Assembly (NCBI RefSeq): GCF_026210795.1
Contig: NC_089436.1
Span: forward strand, 1,364,001 to 1,428,000
Direction of reading: 5' to 3'
DNA length: 64,000 bases
Source: Rhizophagus irregularis
Lineage: Eukaryota
The notes under the pieces are model-generated. The model made no database searches. It worked only from the letters and a program-made list of their open reading frames with translations, and had not been told where the DNA came from. Made by a program: the position numbers and the translations under genes. This document shows positions 44,514 through 58,702 of this stretch, in pieces. Within the stretch, counting starts at the first letter, position 1, and the number at the start of each line of letters is the position of its first letter.

Positions 44514-44675
44514 TTAAATAAATATTATACAGGACGAAAATTTGCAATGATTGAATTAAAACTTTTAACTGCATTGATTTATAGAAAGTATGACGTGGGA
44601 TTACTTTATATGAATGCGCCATTAAAAACGAAATTTACTGCAGTAACCACCTGTCGAGAATTAATTATTTGTTAA
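44514..44675 (+). pseudogene. Orphan last exon of the cytochrome P450 (duplication breakpoint)
   Basis: GRKFAMIELKLLTALIYRKYDV...APLKTK nearly matches 37429-37594; no upstream P450 exons. Confidence 0.9.
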
Positions 44676-45549
44676 CAACATTTATTTAAGTTAAACCATT
44701 ATATAATATGTTCGTACATAATATCAGCTTTTTAACTACAGTTAATTATAATTTCAATTTTTATAAATTACTTATCAGCAGGTTATAATATAATAACTTA
44801 AATTATTTAGCTGGTATTTAATCTTTCACTGTGATATTAACCATCAATATCTTGTTATTATTATTACCAGAAAAATCGTCTTTTACGGCTTACAAACGTG
44901 CTACTTAAGCTACTTAATTCAGCTTTTTATTAAATAAATTTAATAAAGTTTCCCTAATAGTGTTTATTAATTTGCTGTAATGTTTTTTTTTTTGAAATTG
45001 TATAAAATACTAAATAAATTTCACTACTCACTAGTCTAGTACATTATTAATCATATTATGTTAGCTATAACTTATAATAATAATGACGTGACAACCAAAA
45101 TCACTGCAACTGCCACGTGAAGTATTAGTACGAAAAAAATATTTAGAGTCTCTACGTATTCTTTCAGTTTTGATCTCTCGATGGTTAAGTAAACTTTTTC
45201 AGGAATTTTCTGTTATTAGTGACTCGAATTCAAGTTCCAAAACGCCTCTATATTGCGAACATCTAAACCATTAGGATTATCGCTTTAGAGTTTAGATTGT
45301 TTACACATTATTTTCTCAGATTGGAAGCAAGTGTTTAACATTGACTTAGGAAGAGACTCTGTTAAATCCTTTAAACGAGAATTTGATGAAATTGTATTTT
45401 ATGATCAAGTTTGTCATCATGTCATCATTTCATACATATCATACATAACATACACAGTTTTAGCAGAAATTTTTAAATTGTAATATATTTTATAACTATA
45501 TAAATTATTTAATACACAACAATTCTAATAATATTCATAATTTTTAAAT

Positions 45550-47039
45550 TTATGGTTCTAAACTATCACATCTTACAATACCTTTAGAACGATAAGAACC
45601 AAGAAGTAAAGTATTTCTTTTTCTATCTACAGCGGCTATCGTTGTTAATTTATATAAAGATCCATCATCTTCAAAAATAGTTTCAAGAGAGTATTTTTCA
45701 TCACCCCCTTTAGTATTATTACTAATTTTAAATATTCCAGTTGCCATAAGAGGAAGTTCTAGATCGTTGCCATAAATCATAATCTGGTATAGGTCTTGAA
45801 AAACTATTAAAATAATAATAATAAGTTATATAAATTTATAAACAAGATTAGTTTCTAATAAAATATTACTTACTAGCACCATAAATTTCACCAGTTTCTT
45901 CATCAACACTAAGATTATCGGTAGCATATCCTGTGAACATTTTATCCTTTAATTTAAGTTCGTTATTATTCTTGTTTCTTTCATATATTAAAACATGACC
46001 AGATGTTGTGGCAACATATAATAGAGAATGATCAAAATTCGCGGTAATTCCATTAGGAGTTCGCATTTCAGCAACAATTTTAGTTTCATTCGTGATTGAT
46101 GAATGGAATACTACATTCGCCCATGGAAGAGGGAAAATATCTTGTAATAATAGTAAAAAATAGATAATTAATTTTTTTTTTAAAAAAAAAAATCATGAAA
46201 TACGAAATTTATATAATAGAAAAACTCACATTCTAACAGTTTATTTATGGGGTTGCTAAAATAATGATCATTAGTAAAATAAAATTCATGTCTTGAAACT
46301 GGGAAAACATCATTTGGAGTATTTATTAATTCATGTTGAATTGTTTCTAAATGAATTAATTCATTTGTATGTAAAGTATGTTCAAATATTTCAAAACAAC
46401 TTCCAGATCTTTTATGATTTACGAAAAATAAATATAATTTATTTTCATTTTCAGGATCTTCATAAATTCCTAATCCATGAGTTGCAAAATCTTCTTCAGG
46501 GGGGAAATTTTTCAAGACAAGTGGAATGAGTTTATCATTCTAAGAAAAAACGTTCATATATATATATATATATATTAATAATTAATAATAAGTATATATT
46601 TGTAATGAAAAATTAATAATATAATTCTAACTTACATTGATATCGTAGATATAAGGCGTATCTATTGACTGAATACTGGAATTATAAGTACCAATTGGAG
46701 GCCAATAACCTCTAATTCTTTCAATTTCTTTTCCGCAAGCCATAAAAGCGTAACCAGTACGATGATGAATATGAATATCTTCACACGCCTCAACACCTTT
46801 ATATTGTACAATATGATTATTTTTTTTTTCACAATTATGAAGCTATATATATATATGTATGTAAAAAAAAATTCAAAAGAAATTTGTTCACCTTCGATTT
46901 TTCTACACTTTCCATTTTCATAAGGTTTAATATGCGGTCTATTATATCCAAAAACAGTATAAAATTCATATATCCAATTATAAGAAAGTGCTGTAATAAT
47001 TGCAAAGATTAAAACGAGAATTGTTATACTTCGAAACAT
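45550..47039 (-). CDS. Paraoxonase/arylesterase-like lactonase, copy B (5 exons)
   Basis: Same exon structure and catalytic motifs as 34683-36192; frame maintained at the splice junctions checked. Confidence 0.92.
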
Positions 47040-47579
47040 GTTTATTTATTATAAGAAAAGGAAGACTAGAGGACAAGAAAGTAAGTAAAAAATATGGGAA
47101 ATTTGGTTTATTTTATGCTCAACTAAATTGGATAAAGATTTCCTAAAATTTCCCGATATAACGATGTTTACGTAATGCTACGAGACTCTTAGTCATCGAG
47201 AGATATGGTAATCGGTAAATATTCGGTATAGCTCAGAATAAAACAAAAACTATAAAACTATGCTCTCTGAGTACATGATGGACCGGTACTACCATAGGAA
47301 AAGTCAATCGTGAATTAAAAAAAAATAAAATAAAATAGAACAAAAATTATACCATTGTACTTGGAACAAGTGTAATGATAACCCTAAATAATGTTCATCC
47401 TGTACAAAATTTTTATTCAAACAATAAATTATGTACTACATGCCTACTCGGACACTTCTATAAATCTGGTTACTCTAATTAAACTCCAAAAGTTAACTCC
47501 TTCCCTAATAAACATGTCAACTCAATTAAAAGAGAAATTTAAGAAACACACCTGTATTAGACTCCGGAGAATTTTTTTT

Positions 47580-50500
47580 TTTTAAAATCATAGGTATCTT
47601 AGAAGATATTATTAATAATTACTAATCTATATCTAATATTTTAAAAATATTATCTAATTTAAAAGACTTTTAAAATTTAAATGCATCATATTATAAAAAT
47701 CCTATTATAACTAATTGCAAACTAAATATATTAAAGTTTATTTATTTAATTTATTAACAGTATTCCTAATTTCTCACTTATAATAATACTAAAAAAATTT
47801 TGCATTATAGATATTACAAGTAATCTTAATTTATATGTTATTTTTTTTTTTGAATTAGGTTTATAATAATTTTAAAATACATTTTTAAAATATATTAAAT
47901 ATACTTTTGTTATTATTTTATAATTGTATTGTATCTAGTTCTATAAAAATAATTCAAAATAATATCACAATAATTTTTTATAATTATTTTATTATTGTAA
48001 TGTAATTAACTTTAATATTATTTTAATATATTAATTTCAAAATACTTCAAATATATTAAATATATTTAAAAATTTTATAAAATAATTGAAAAGTTACTGT
48101 ATTTAGATTTACAATAATAAATACATATATATATATATATTTATATATAGTGATTTTTTGTAAAGTAGATAATACTACTGTCAAATTTTAAATACAAAAT
48201 ATATTTTTTATTAATTTTCTATTATTTTTAAAAATTGGATTTATAACTTGTATTTAAAACTTAAATATAATGCAAAAATACTGCTAGATTTAATATTTAC
48301 TTACTAATTTAATTAAATAAATTATTAGTAAAAAGTAATTGAAAATATTTTTGATTAGTATTTTATTAATACAAAAACTATAATAAAGTTCAAAAAATAA
48401 TATATTTATATGTAATTAACTATAAGAAATATTTTTTTATAAGTATTATATTTTTACTTATAAAATTAAGTTAAATTTAAAGTTTAATATATTTAAAAGC
48501 AGCCTTTCAAATAAGAAAAAATAAACTAACTTCTAACATCAAAGGTAAAACATTCATATTATAATCATTTTCACTTTTACTAGAATCACTATCATCTGGA
48601 ATACTTTTAATAAAATCATTAAAAAAATTGCATCATTAGAATCATCACTTAAAATTGATTCTGAATCACTTATTTTAATAGTATTTATGATAAAATTTAT
48701 AAAATAATGACAAAGGTAAGGTTAAGATAAAACATAATTTATATCATACTGTTTAAATTTACTATTATATTTTATAATTATTAAAAATTTATTATTATTA
48801 TTTTATTATATATAAAAATTAGAAAAAATATTATTATTATACTTTTTACTCCTTTTTATTGTATATCAAAACCACACTATTTCTAATTTATATAATTATC
48901 TTTTTAAATGAAAAATAAATAGTCCTAAAATATTTGTAATCATTTTTCAATATTTTATAAAATTTTGTGTATTTTTTCTTATTTGAGTTTTCAAGAAAGG
49001 ATTACTTTCATAGCCATTATTAATTTTAAAAGTCTTCCATGATTCTGAGAATTTCTATATTTTGAAAGTTTATTGTAATAATAGTATTTTGAAATAAATA
49101 CTTTGATATGGAAATTGTAAGATAAAGTCCATTAGATTGAATGATATATAACTTAATTTTTATGATATTAGCTTTAGCTTTTGCAAAAAAAAGTATTGTG
49201 AGTATTATTTTTAAATAATACTTCAGTTTTTTAAAGTAACCTTTTTTTTTTATTATGAATACTTAAGATATCATTTTCTTGAACAAGAATTTTAGTACCT
49301 AAAGATTTGAAAAATCCCTTATTATTTGATAATTTTGAAGTATTGCAACCATCAATAGAATCCTAAACAATACTGATATAACTTACATTTAAGTTTGCTT
49401 AGAGTTTATATTAAAATTTTTCAAATGTTGTGTAATATTTTAAAATTTTGTTATTTTACATATCTTTATTTTTAATACAATTAGTAACTTAATTTTAATA
49501 AAATTTATATTATTAGATTCATCTTGATGAGAGAATTCTAATGATAGTAAAATCACATTTTTAGCAGCAATATTGACAAAGTTATATCATAAAATATATT
49601 TTTACTTCAGTATTTAAAGTTTATTTGTGAGTTATATTAGTATTATTCAGGATTTTCCACCAATATTCAAGATTTTTTTTAATTTGTTATATTAATTGAA
49701 AGCCAATTCTCTATAACTTAATTTTATATCATCATTTCTAAGAAATATATTTCTAATTAATGGAGTCCAGATATATATATTTAATTTAATTTCAAACATA
49801 ATTTGTAAAAAAATGTTATTTTTATATAAAAAGAAAAAATGTTTAAAAAAAATTTACAAAAAGTGAGGTCATTTGATATAATAAACATATCAATCAGATT
49901 TTCATTAAAAACTTTTACTAAAAATCTCAAATTTACTATATTAGAAGAATTGTATCACTTCCTCTTTACAATCAACCACAAACTTAAAAATACTTATTAG
50001 TAAATTTGACAGCTTTAATTTTAAGGTTTCATAGTTAATTAGCAATAAAATGTTTAAAATTATTAGATAAAAATTTTGTATAACCAGAGTTATAGATGTT
50101 AATGATACCAATACAAAAAGATTTTTTTTTGTGATCTTCAAATTTGAGTAAATAGAATATATATTTAGTATATTATTATATATTAATTTTTTATTCATCA
50201 AGACATTCATTTGATATATTTTTAATACTTCTAATACATAAGTATTATTAAATTTTTATTTTAGAAACTATTTTCTAATAATAAAAAAATATTAATATTA
50301 AAAATACATTTTTTTGAAATTTACTTAGAAATATTAAAGTATAAGATTGCAGGTTAAATTTATTTTAAAATTTGATAAAAGTCTAAACCTTTATTGAAAT
50401 TGTCTAAACTATTAACAAAATATTTTAATATTATCTAAATTCAATAATTGTTTAAACTTTTAATATATCTATTACTATTATTAAATAATATAATTTAAAT

Positions 50501-51560
50501 TAAAATCAAAATTAATATTTTTTATTAAATGTAATTAATTTTTTTTTTATTAGCAAAGTAAATCAATTGGGAATTAGAAGTATTAAATATAATTAAGATT
50601 TTATATAAATTGATATTTTAATATAAAATTTAATTTATATATATTTAAATTTGCTATTTGCTAAATTATATAAATTATATAATTTAAAGAATTGTTCTGA
50701 AGGTGATAATTACCAGTGATTGAAATAATGATGATTGATTAGCATTAAAAAAATATAGTGCCAGTAAAAATTGATAATTCTGGCCAACGACAGTAAAACA
50801 GTTTAAACAATTTCAATTTTAATAATTGTCTAAACTGCTAAGTTTTATCTGCAACCTTATTAAAACAAACTAGAAAAAGTAAAAGAAAAAGTAATAGTAA
50901 TATTCAACTTAAATAAATAAAACTAATTGAACATTGTAGTAAAACAATAATATTATTAATAGATAGTAATAAATTAAAAATTCTAAAAGATTTTAATTTA
51001 GGTCAAATATTACTATCTTTATAAGTTAAAAAAAATTTGAAAATTGTATAATAGATTCAATTTAATTTGCTTCAATCTTAAACTAGAAGATTATAATCTA
51101 TATCAGGTTTAATTTGAAATAGAAGATTAATTGAAATTATTTTTAATTTTAAATAGAGTTATTTTAATTACATTGAAAAAGAATTGTATAATTCAAGTGC
51201 AATTATTCTATTTTTGTATATCACATACTCAAGTTTATGAAAATTCATAAGCAATGGGATATAAAAGCATTTTCTTATATATTTGTGAAAAAAAAAATTT
51301 ATTAAATTACTTATTTTTTAGGCAAACTATTAAAGGTAATGATAATAAGTATAAATTAATAATAAAAGAAATCCTAAAGTATGAAAGTAAATTTTTTTTT
51401 TATCTATTTAATAATATAGTAACTTCTACACTAAAACTAAAAAAACAAATTTATTTGTATTTATTATATAGTAATTAATATATATATGGTAATTAATGTA
51501 TAGTAATTATTTCATTTATTCTATATATATATATTTATTACAAATCATACAATAATAATT
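47580..51560. other. Extremely AT-rich, CpG-depleted block, probably a decayed transposon
   Basis: Almost no CG dinucleotides over ~4 kb by eye, no credible ORF, sharp compositional edges. Confidence 0.6.
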
Positions 51561-52599
51561 AATAATGCAATGCAATTCAAACAAAAATTTTCCTGAAAAA
51601 TTAGGAATGGGTCCATATATTACCTTATCCAATCGTCATCTTAACTGATATTTCTTAATTTCTATCCATCTACTAGGAAAATAATAAATATATTCCTTAT
51701 ATGGTGGGATTATTTTGGCTGGATTAATTATTCCAATATATTCTGAGTAACTTTTTTTAAATAGAGCATGAAACTCATCGCAAATTATAATATACTCTTT
51801 TTGAGTCTCAGGATTTATTTTCATTTGAGAAATTGTAAGTATACCTAAGAATTTCTTTCTAACAAAAGTACCATCATTCCTCACCACCTTTCAAACTCTT
51901 TTTGCCAAAGATTCAGCTCTCTTTTTGTAATTCCTGTAAGCTCACTAGATAACTGTTGCATAGAAATTTTTAAAGCCATATTGATAGTAGTATTTAGGAA
52001 TCAAGAATCCCCAAGATCACTTTATTGACCTTCCTGAAATACTTTATTAAAATAGTTATACAGTATATTGGAGGATCTAATTCAAAATAGGCAAATCAGG
52101 TTTTTTATCCGTAAGCCAGTAAAGATGGTCAACGATCCTACTCGGTTTGTCTCAATCCGGTCCAAATGCTTCCAGTCTTTGGAATAATCCGACCATAATC
52201 TTCGAATCCACAGTCCTAATAAAGACCGATTACTGCAATTGGTCAAATATAATCACGTGACATTATATAAGTCCAAAAAAAGGAAATTTTATTTCCTTCC
52301 AAAATGGAAAAATGGTTACATAAGAATCCAAAAAAGGATATTTTTGCAATGATTATTTAATTTTAGCTGGAATTATCGTAAATTTCAAAATTTATAAGAC
52401 GATTGGAGACCGCGTCCCAAGCTGGCCTGGTCTTTGCACGTAAAACTGGAGAGGCCACCTAGTCTTTAAGACATACCTTAACCATCTTTAAGAAAGGTAC
52501 ATTTCACAATTATACTAGGTGATCATACATGCAGATTATATAGCTATTCATTTCGCAAAAAAATAAAGTATGTTATGTTTGGCTAAATATAATTAAGAT

Positions 52600-53621
52600 A
52601 CATATTACATAATATTAATATTCGGTTGAAAGATATTGTGAAGCACTTTAATGGCTAAGTCTATTTTCTTCATATAGAATCGAAATATGCTTTAGCAAGA
52701 TTATCCAAAGTAGTCCTGCTAGAAATATTAGACATAATTGATCAATCATTTCAAAGATTTCTAAACTCAGATGCACTTGCACTATATTGCATGGGGTATC
52801 TCTCAAGACTACCCATTAATTTAATAGGCTTTTGTGGCAATGGAGGAGAAGTAGGCCTACTCCTTTGTTCAAAGAACTTTGGGGTGAAAAAAAGTTGACT
52901 GGTACATACATCCTGAAATCTATGATTGAGGGAGCAGTAAATTGGCGAAACCTTTTTTTGATTACCAGAAGTAACAGAAATACAAGTTGATTCAAAATTT
53001 GGAGCACTTGGCATAGTATCTTTTGCTTTAAATTGTGCATAATTTTCATAGCTAGCCATAAAATTTCCATCATGATCATATAATACTGATGCCAACTTAT
53101 CCTTTTTTGAATGTGAAGTTGGTTGGGAGAAAAGCTCTAGATAAAGATGATTAATTTTAGCCTCTTCTTGTAATATGTATTGTTTATATTGCCTTGAAAT
53201 TCCCTACTATCAATAGATTGGAGAATTTCATTTCTTCTTGCATGTTCATTTGAAATAGTATTTTCAGAATCAAGTGGCTATCATAATAGTGATGGTCACT
53301 ATAAAAAGTTGCAGATATGAAAACTAAGGAATCACATACACTACAATATATATAATTTGTTGGATGACCATGGACTTTATCATTTTCATAAAGCTTTTCA
53401 CACATTATAATATATCCATTCTTAGAAAGGATTCTTGGATTCTCTTCAAGTATTTTTCTAAATGGATCATAAATACGAGAGTACCACATTTCTGGTGTTT
53501 TATGATCATATCGTTCACTTAAAGGACATAATGCTTCTAATATTCTTCTATATTCTTTGAAGTTTACATCACTATAGCCTACAGAAACTAGCTTATATTG
53601 GGCTCTACTATCTAAATTCAT
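52600..53621 (-). pseudogene. Frameshifted intronless hypothetical gene with YIYCSVCD motif
   Basis: Protein-like ORFs 53184-53621 and 52751/52816-53095 in shifting frames. Confidence 0.55.
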
Positions 53622-54167
53622 ATTAGCATTTATAACGATTTTATTGATTTATAGTCTTTTTAGTGGATTTAGCTGATTTAGCAATATTATACTCTAATAA
53701 ATATCAGATTCATTTTTATTCGGTTATCAAAGAACTTCGGGGTGAATAATTTTTCTCAAGAGTCATGATTCGGTTAAATTAAATCTGAGTCAATACAATG
53801 GCTAAATTATTTTCGGCACTCTGTCTCTGAGCATAAAATTCGTACCACAGGTATCACTCGATGTTTCTCAAATCACGAGATGATCGGCTAATCAGATTGC
53901 TTGTAAAATAAAATGTGATACAGTTACACGTCATGCGAAACGCCTATCGGCTGATGGACTTGTGATTTACGTTGTTAAAAATCACTAGCCCGATATGGAC
54001 TGTAGAGGCACATAATCATTAGTTAATCACGATGGAAAATCACATGCTCGTGACAATTTGTCACGCAGATCACTAAAAATTATATCAGCCAGCTTTATTT
54101 ATTACACGCATCACAACAGAACAAATTATAGAAATTCATGACAAGTTGCAAAATAGAAAAGTAACAT

Positions 54168-56643
54168 TTAAATTTTTTTCTGTGGAGGCGACGCGTAAAC
54201 AATAGAATCGTTTATGTGTTGAGTACCACCACGATTAAGTTTCTTTCTAGACTTCAATGCAGATTCTATATTCTGTTGTAGGCTTATGACACGGTTCTGG
54301 CCAAATACATTAATAAAAAGGATGTTAGTTACAAATTACAGTGATCTGCAAAATGAATAAGATTTGCTACCTCACCTTAAATGTGATCATTGTTCGTATT
54401 ATATCAGACAAATTCTTTAATTGTGTAGACGCATTGGGAATCAAAAACTTGTCGAATTGGTCAACCAGATAAACCCCATCGATCCAATGCATAGAGTAGA
54501 AAAACACATCCCTCTCTGTAAATGTATAATTTTATGTTAGCAAGTACGACAAACGTAATATTTGATAAGTCGTATTGTTACTTACTGTACACAAGAATTC
54601 CGTACGTTTCCAAATTTTTTAGATTTGGACTGTCTCCAGGAAATAATTGCCGAATCTTAAAGAGAGCCAGTTGCATGGCTGGAAGTTAGATTATATTGTT
54701 AGTGGTTTTCATGATGACACAATAAAAGCTTTGATTTCACTTTACCTTTAAGGATCTTTTCGCGATCACCGTTCATTTTTACATCATCGTGATAATATGC
54801 GTTCCCAACAACTTCCCCAAAAGCTACTTGAATTTCACTTTGGCTAACATTCATCGATAAGATCGCGTCGTGGAACCAACTACCAGAATTTGTATTACGT
54901 TTGTCCTTATATCTTTTTATTTCCAACTGAAACTTTCGATCTGTATTCTCAACCTCACCTCTAATTGGAGATAAAATGTATGAGATGAAATTTTATTTTA
55001 GACAAGAATAAATTACTTACGTTTTCATATAGATTACTCCATTGACGTCCAAAAAAACTTCCTCCCACAGTCTATTTATGATCCGACTTCTATATGCATA
55101 TTCCGACGCATTGGCATCTATTAAAGGGTTTATTGGTGTTTGAAAACACATCAAACTACCGATTATAGGTAGTATTATTACATTATTAATTACAGAGGAT
55201 AATTAGAATAATTATAAATTATGATCAGAAGTATTCTTACAAAGCTGTATACACTTGTTGAATCCATCTCAAAGTCCAATCTCTCGCAAATAAATAATCA
55301 TTTTCGAATGGGACCTGACCGATAGCGGACTCAACTTTGTTCAAATCAATGTAACATCCAATAGTATTTTGTGAAATTACATTTTCATATCTCTTTAAAA
55401 GTGATTGGAGGTTACTCTCAATTGGTAGAAGGGAATTTACAATCTCCTCCTCTATCTAGAACATATAATTCACTGTTAGTAATTAAAGTTAAAAGAAATT
55501 AAAATCAGCAGGAAACACCACCTTTCTCCATTTCGATTCCATCACTATCCATTCCTTATCAGTAAACAACCGTTTAACTGGATCATTGAGGTGAAATTCA
55601 GGCAAAAATGTAATTCTGTATCTTGCGATTCCTTTTTCAATGCCGAGAAGTCTCTCAATAGTCGGGTTCAAAGTCTTTAATGCAAAAAAGATTTTGTTAT
55701 TATGAACAGCAATGAAGTGTAGAACAAAGATATCGAACCTCAACAGACAACTCTTGGAGATATGAATTTTCCACATCTTTTTCGAGGTCAAACAGGTTTA
55801 AATTGGTTTCATCTTTATCTTGAGTCTGCACAAATGGGGCATCTCGAAGAAGTTCATCCGGTGGCACCAAAGTGATGCCGGACAGTTCCTCATCATCCAC
55901 GTTATCAAATGATCGTTGCTCATGTTGAATTTCGCAAATATCGTTACACACAGGGAAGTATTGCTCAATTTTGGTACGTTTTTTTTTCTGTTTATGACCA
56001 CTCTAAGTATTGAAATACAAGATGATAAGTTTCTGCTAGCTTACAAGAAGATCAAATAGAACCAATGTTTGTAAATAAATCATGATGTTGCATTTCATAG
56101 ATTGTGACGATCTCACTTTTTTACTCGAGTTGAGGTTCTCTTCCGTTTCTTTTCTATCTCGATGGCGTTTTCCCGAAGTTGTACGACGATTGTCGATGTT
56201 TTGTGTTGAATAAGATGAGTCTCCAGTCAGATTGTTGAGTTGACTTATAGTCTTTACCTAATTGACAAAATATTAATTTATCCATTATCATACAGATTTT
56301 CAGACTAGAAGCCTACCTGGAAATTATCAATATTCATGCGAGCGCAACTCAAATTTTTTATAAAATCGTTGTACGATGCAGTCCAATCCTTGAAAATCAA
56401 AATTTAAATTATTATACTTGAGCAAAAAAACTAGCTCTTATTTCGTTAAATCCAATGAGTTACCTTCCATCTATCCAAGATTTCTTGCGCTTTTCTTCTA
56501 CGTATTATGTCGAACTCAGAAACGGAATTTGCCACCTTTATGAGATCTTTTTTAATTGAATCCAATACATTCTCCTTGCTCCATTTTTGAGCGATAATAC
56601 TGCACCAGCCTAATGCAAGACCAGTCTTCGACCTTAACGACAT
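54168..56643 (-). CDS. Multi-exon protein with C-terminal restriction-endonuclease-like (PD-(D/E)xK) domain; possibly disrupted
   Basis: About 10 GT-AG-bounded exons; GEVEN...FHDAIL...AFGEVVG...DREKILKAMQ...TYGILV; frame inconsistency or stop around exon 3 (56120-56257). Confidence 0.6.
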
Positions 56644-56995
56644 GATAAAAAGCCATTAAATTGGATGTCATTTCTTTAAATGGTGCGAGTTGAAAAATTT
56701 TCTTAAGTTTATATTGTCGATAATTGAGTCAGTCTGATTTTATTCTGCAGAACTAATATGGACACGAATTTTTCCGTTTATACGTAAAACGCGTTCGCGG
56801 GATGACTGTATGATTTGAATCTAAATTATCTGAAATTCTGTGAAACACAGAAAATCATCGCGGTTAAATAAACTGCGTCACCCGTTATTAATTGATTATT
56901 TAACAAAGAACGTATTTCGCTCCAGACTCACAATGATTTCCATTTCCTAGTTTTAGAATTTATAATAACGTCGATATTAATGTCTGAACAGCAGT

Positions 56996-57144
56996 GCAAG
57001 CTGGGACTCTTAGTCTCCAGTCATGAACTCCTAGTTCCGCAAGCTGGGACTCTTAGTCTAATAAGGACTCTCTTAATTTGACGTTAGCGCTAGCTGGACT
57101 CCTAGTCTACAGCTTAGCGAAAGCTGGACTCTTAGTCTACAGCT
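56996..57144 (+). repeat. Clustered short direct repeats AGCTGG(G)ACTC(T/C)TAGTCT
   Basis: Four full and two partial copies. Confidence 0.8.
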
Positions 57145-57298
57145 TTTCTTGATTAAATTTTTCCGAAGTACATGTAAATAGTTAAAAAAAATAAAAACGC
57201 ATTTATTTATTTTTGATGTATTACGAAATTATTTTTCGAAGCGAAAAAAATATATGATACTATCAAAGAGGAAGGGAGTACGCGGATCCTAGGCCATT

Positions 57299-58220
57299 AA
57301 ATGCGAGTCCCAGCATCAAATTATTCTTTGCTCTCGGAATAATTTCTACAGATAATTTATTTTTACATCTATTACTAACTACACCCCAACAATCTTTCTC
57401 TACACTAGAATTCCGAAATAAATTACACCACTTATATCTACATAATTTTCGTCTATCTATATCACTCCCACTCGCACAAACTATGTAATAGATTATTTCC
57501 CATAAGAGAATTTCTCCAAGATGAAATGATTTCGAATCTATAGGAAGAATTCTTGAGATTACAATGAGATAAAAAAAAAATAAAACAAGTTGAGGGCTTC
57601 CGATTCACACTTACTGCTATAATTCATTTTAATAATAATTATTCCACACCCGCCTCATAATATTTCGAATTTTTTATTGTTCGATAAATTTATTTGACAT
57701 ACTGTGCCAAATTTTGTTGATGTTGATGAGACACGTGAAGTCGATTAGATTAGATAATATTATTTTTCGTGATACTGCTAATTATTTCACTGCGCCTATT
57801 ATATGCGTAAGGATTTTCTCGGCAAAGATCAAAATGCCGATATATAATAAGAAGACCGGTGGAAGTAATATGTCTGGTTTAGTTTGGAACATCTAAGAAG
57901 CGGGAAATTTGATTAAACATTGTGATGGTATGTTTCAAGAAGCTAGCCGAGCAATAAAACCAACCTACCTTATTATAACTTTGCGGAATATGCGAGTTCA
58001 TTTTGATTGTTGATTTCGATGATGTTAATAATGGTAAGTTTTATTTTTCGTTTGATTTTTGCTTTAGTTGCGCAAGACAGATAAAAGAGTTCACTAACCG
58101 GGACATCACCTTTTTATATGATTCACAGGATCGATTTTAGAATACGCTTTTGGTGCAAATTACGTTAATATGATTACATCACGAAAATCTGATCAACGGC
58201 CTCTCCTTAATTTAACAATA
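57299..58220 (+). repeat. ~900-bp dispersed repeat, copy 2
   Basis: Diverged collinear match to 14871-15758. Confidence 0.85.
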
Positions 58221-58702
58221 GTATATCAAGATTGTCAGGGAGAGCTTTTATTAATAAATTTCATTGAGTACATGCGGTAAAGTTCGAGAACAAATGCTAT
58301 ACTACGGTTATAAATAAGTTATAACTAATAGATCTATACAAAAATAAATTACAAGAATCGAGAGCTAATTTGTGATATATGACAAGGACTGTCCTATACA
58401 TTGTACTAATACAATATCCTATCATTAATTCCATAGTCCGTTTCATTTGTGCCTTTGTGATCCTCAAAAAATCCCGGAACGAAAAATACCATTAGCTTGT
58501 AATCCTGAGTTGCTTTATTGAAATGCATAGTCACAACCACTCCCACCTTAAATGCGCAATGTTTCGTACGAATTTTTTTTTCACTGACACTTTTTTCATA
58601 TTGCGGTACGATGCCCTGTTTTTGTATTTGCAAGACTTCAGAAGAAATGACAAGAATATCATACTGCGCATTTCAGGTGATCGGTCTCACATGACGGAAT
58701 TT

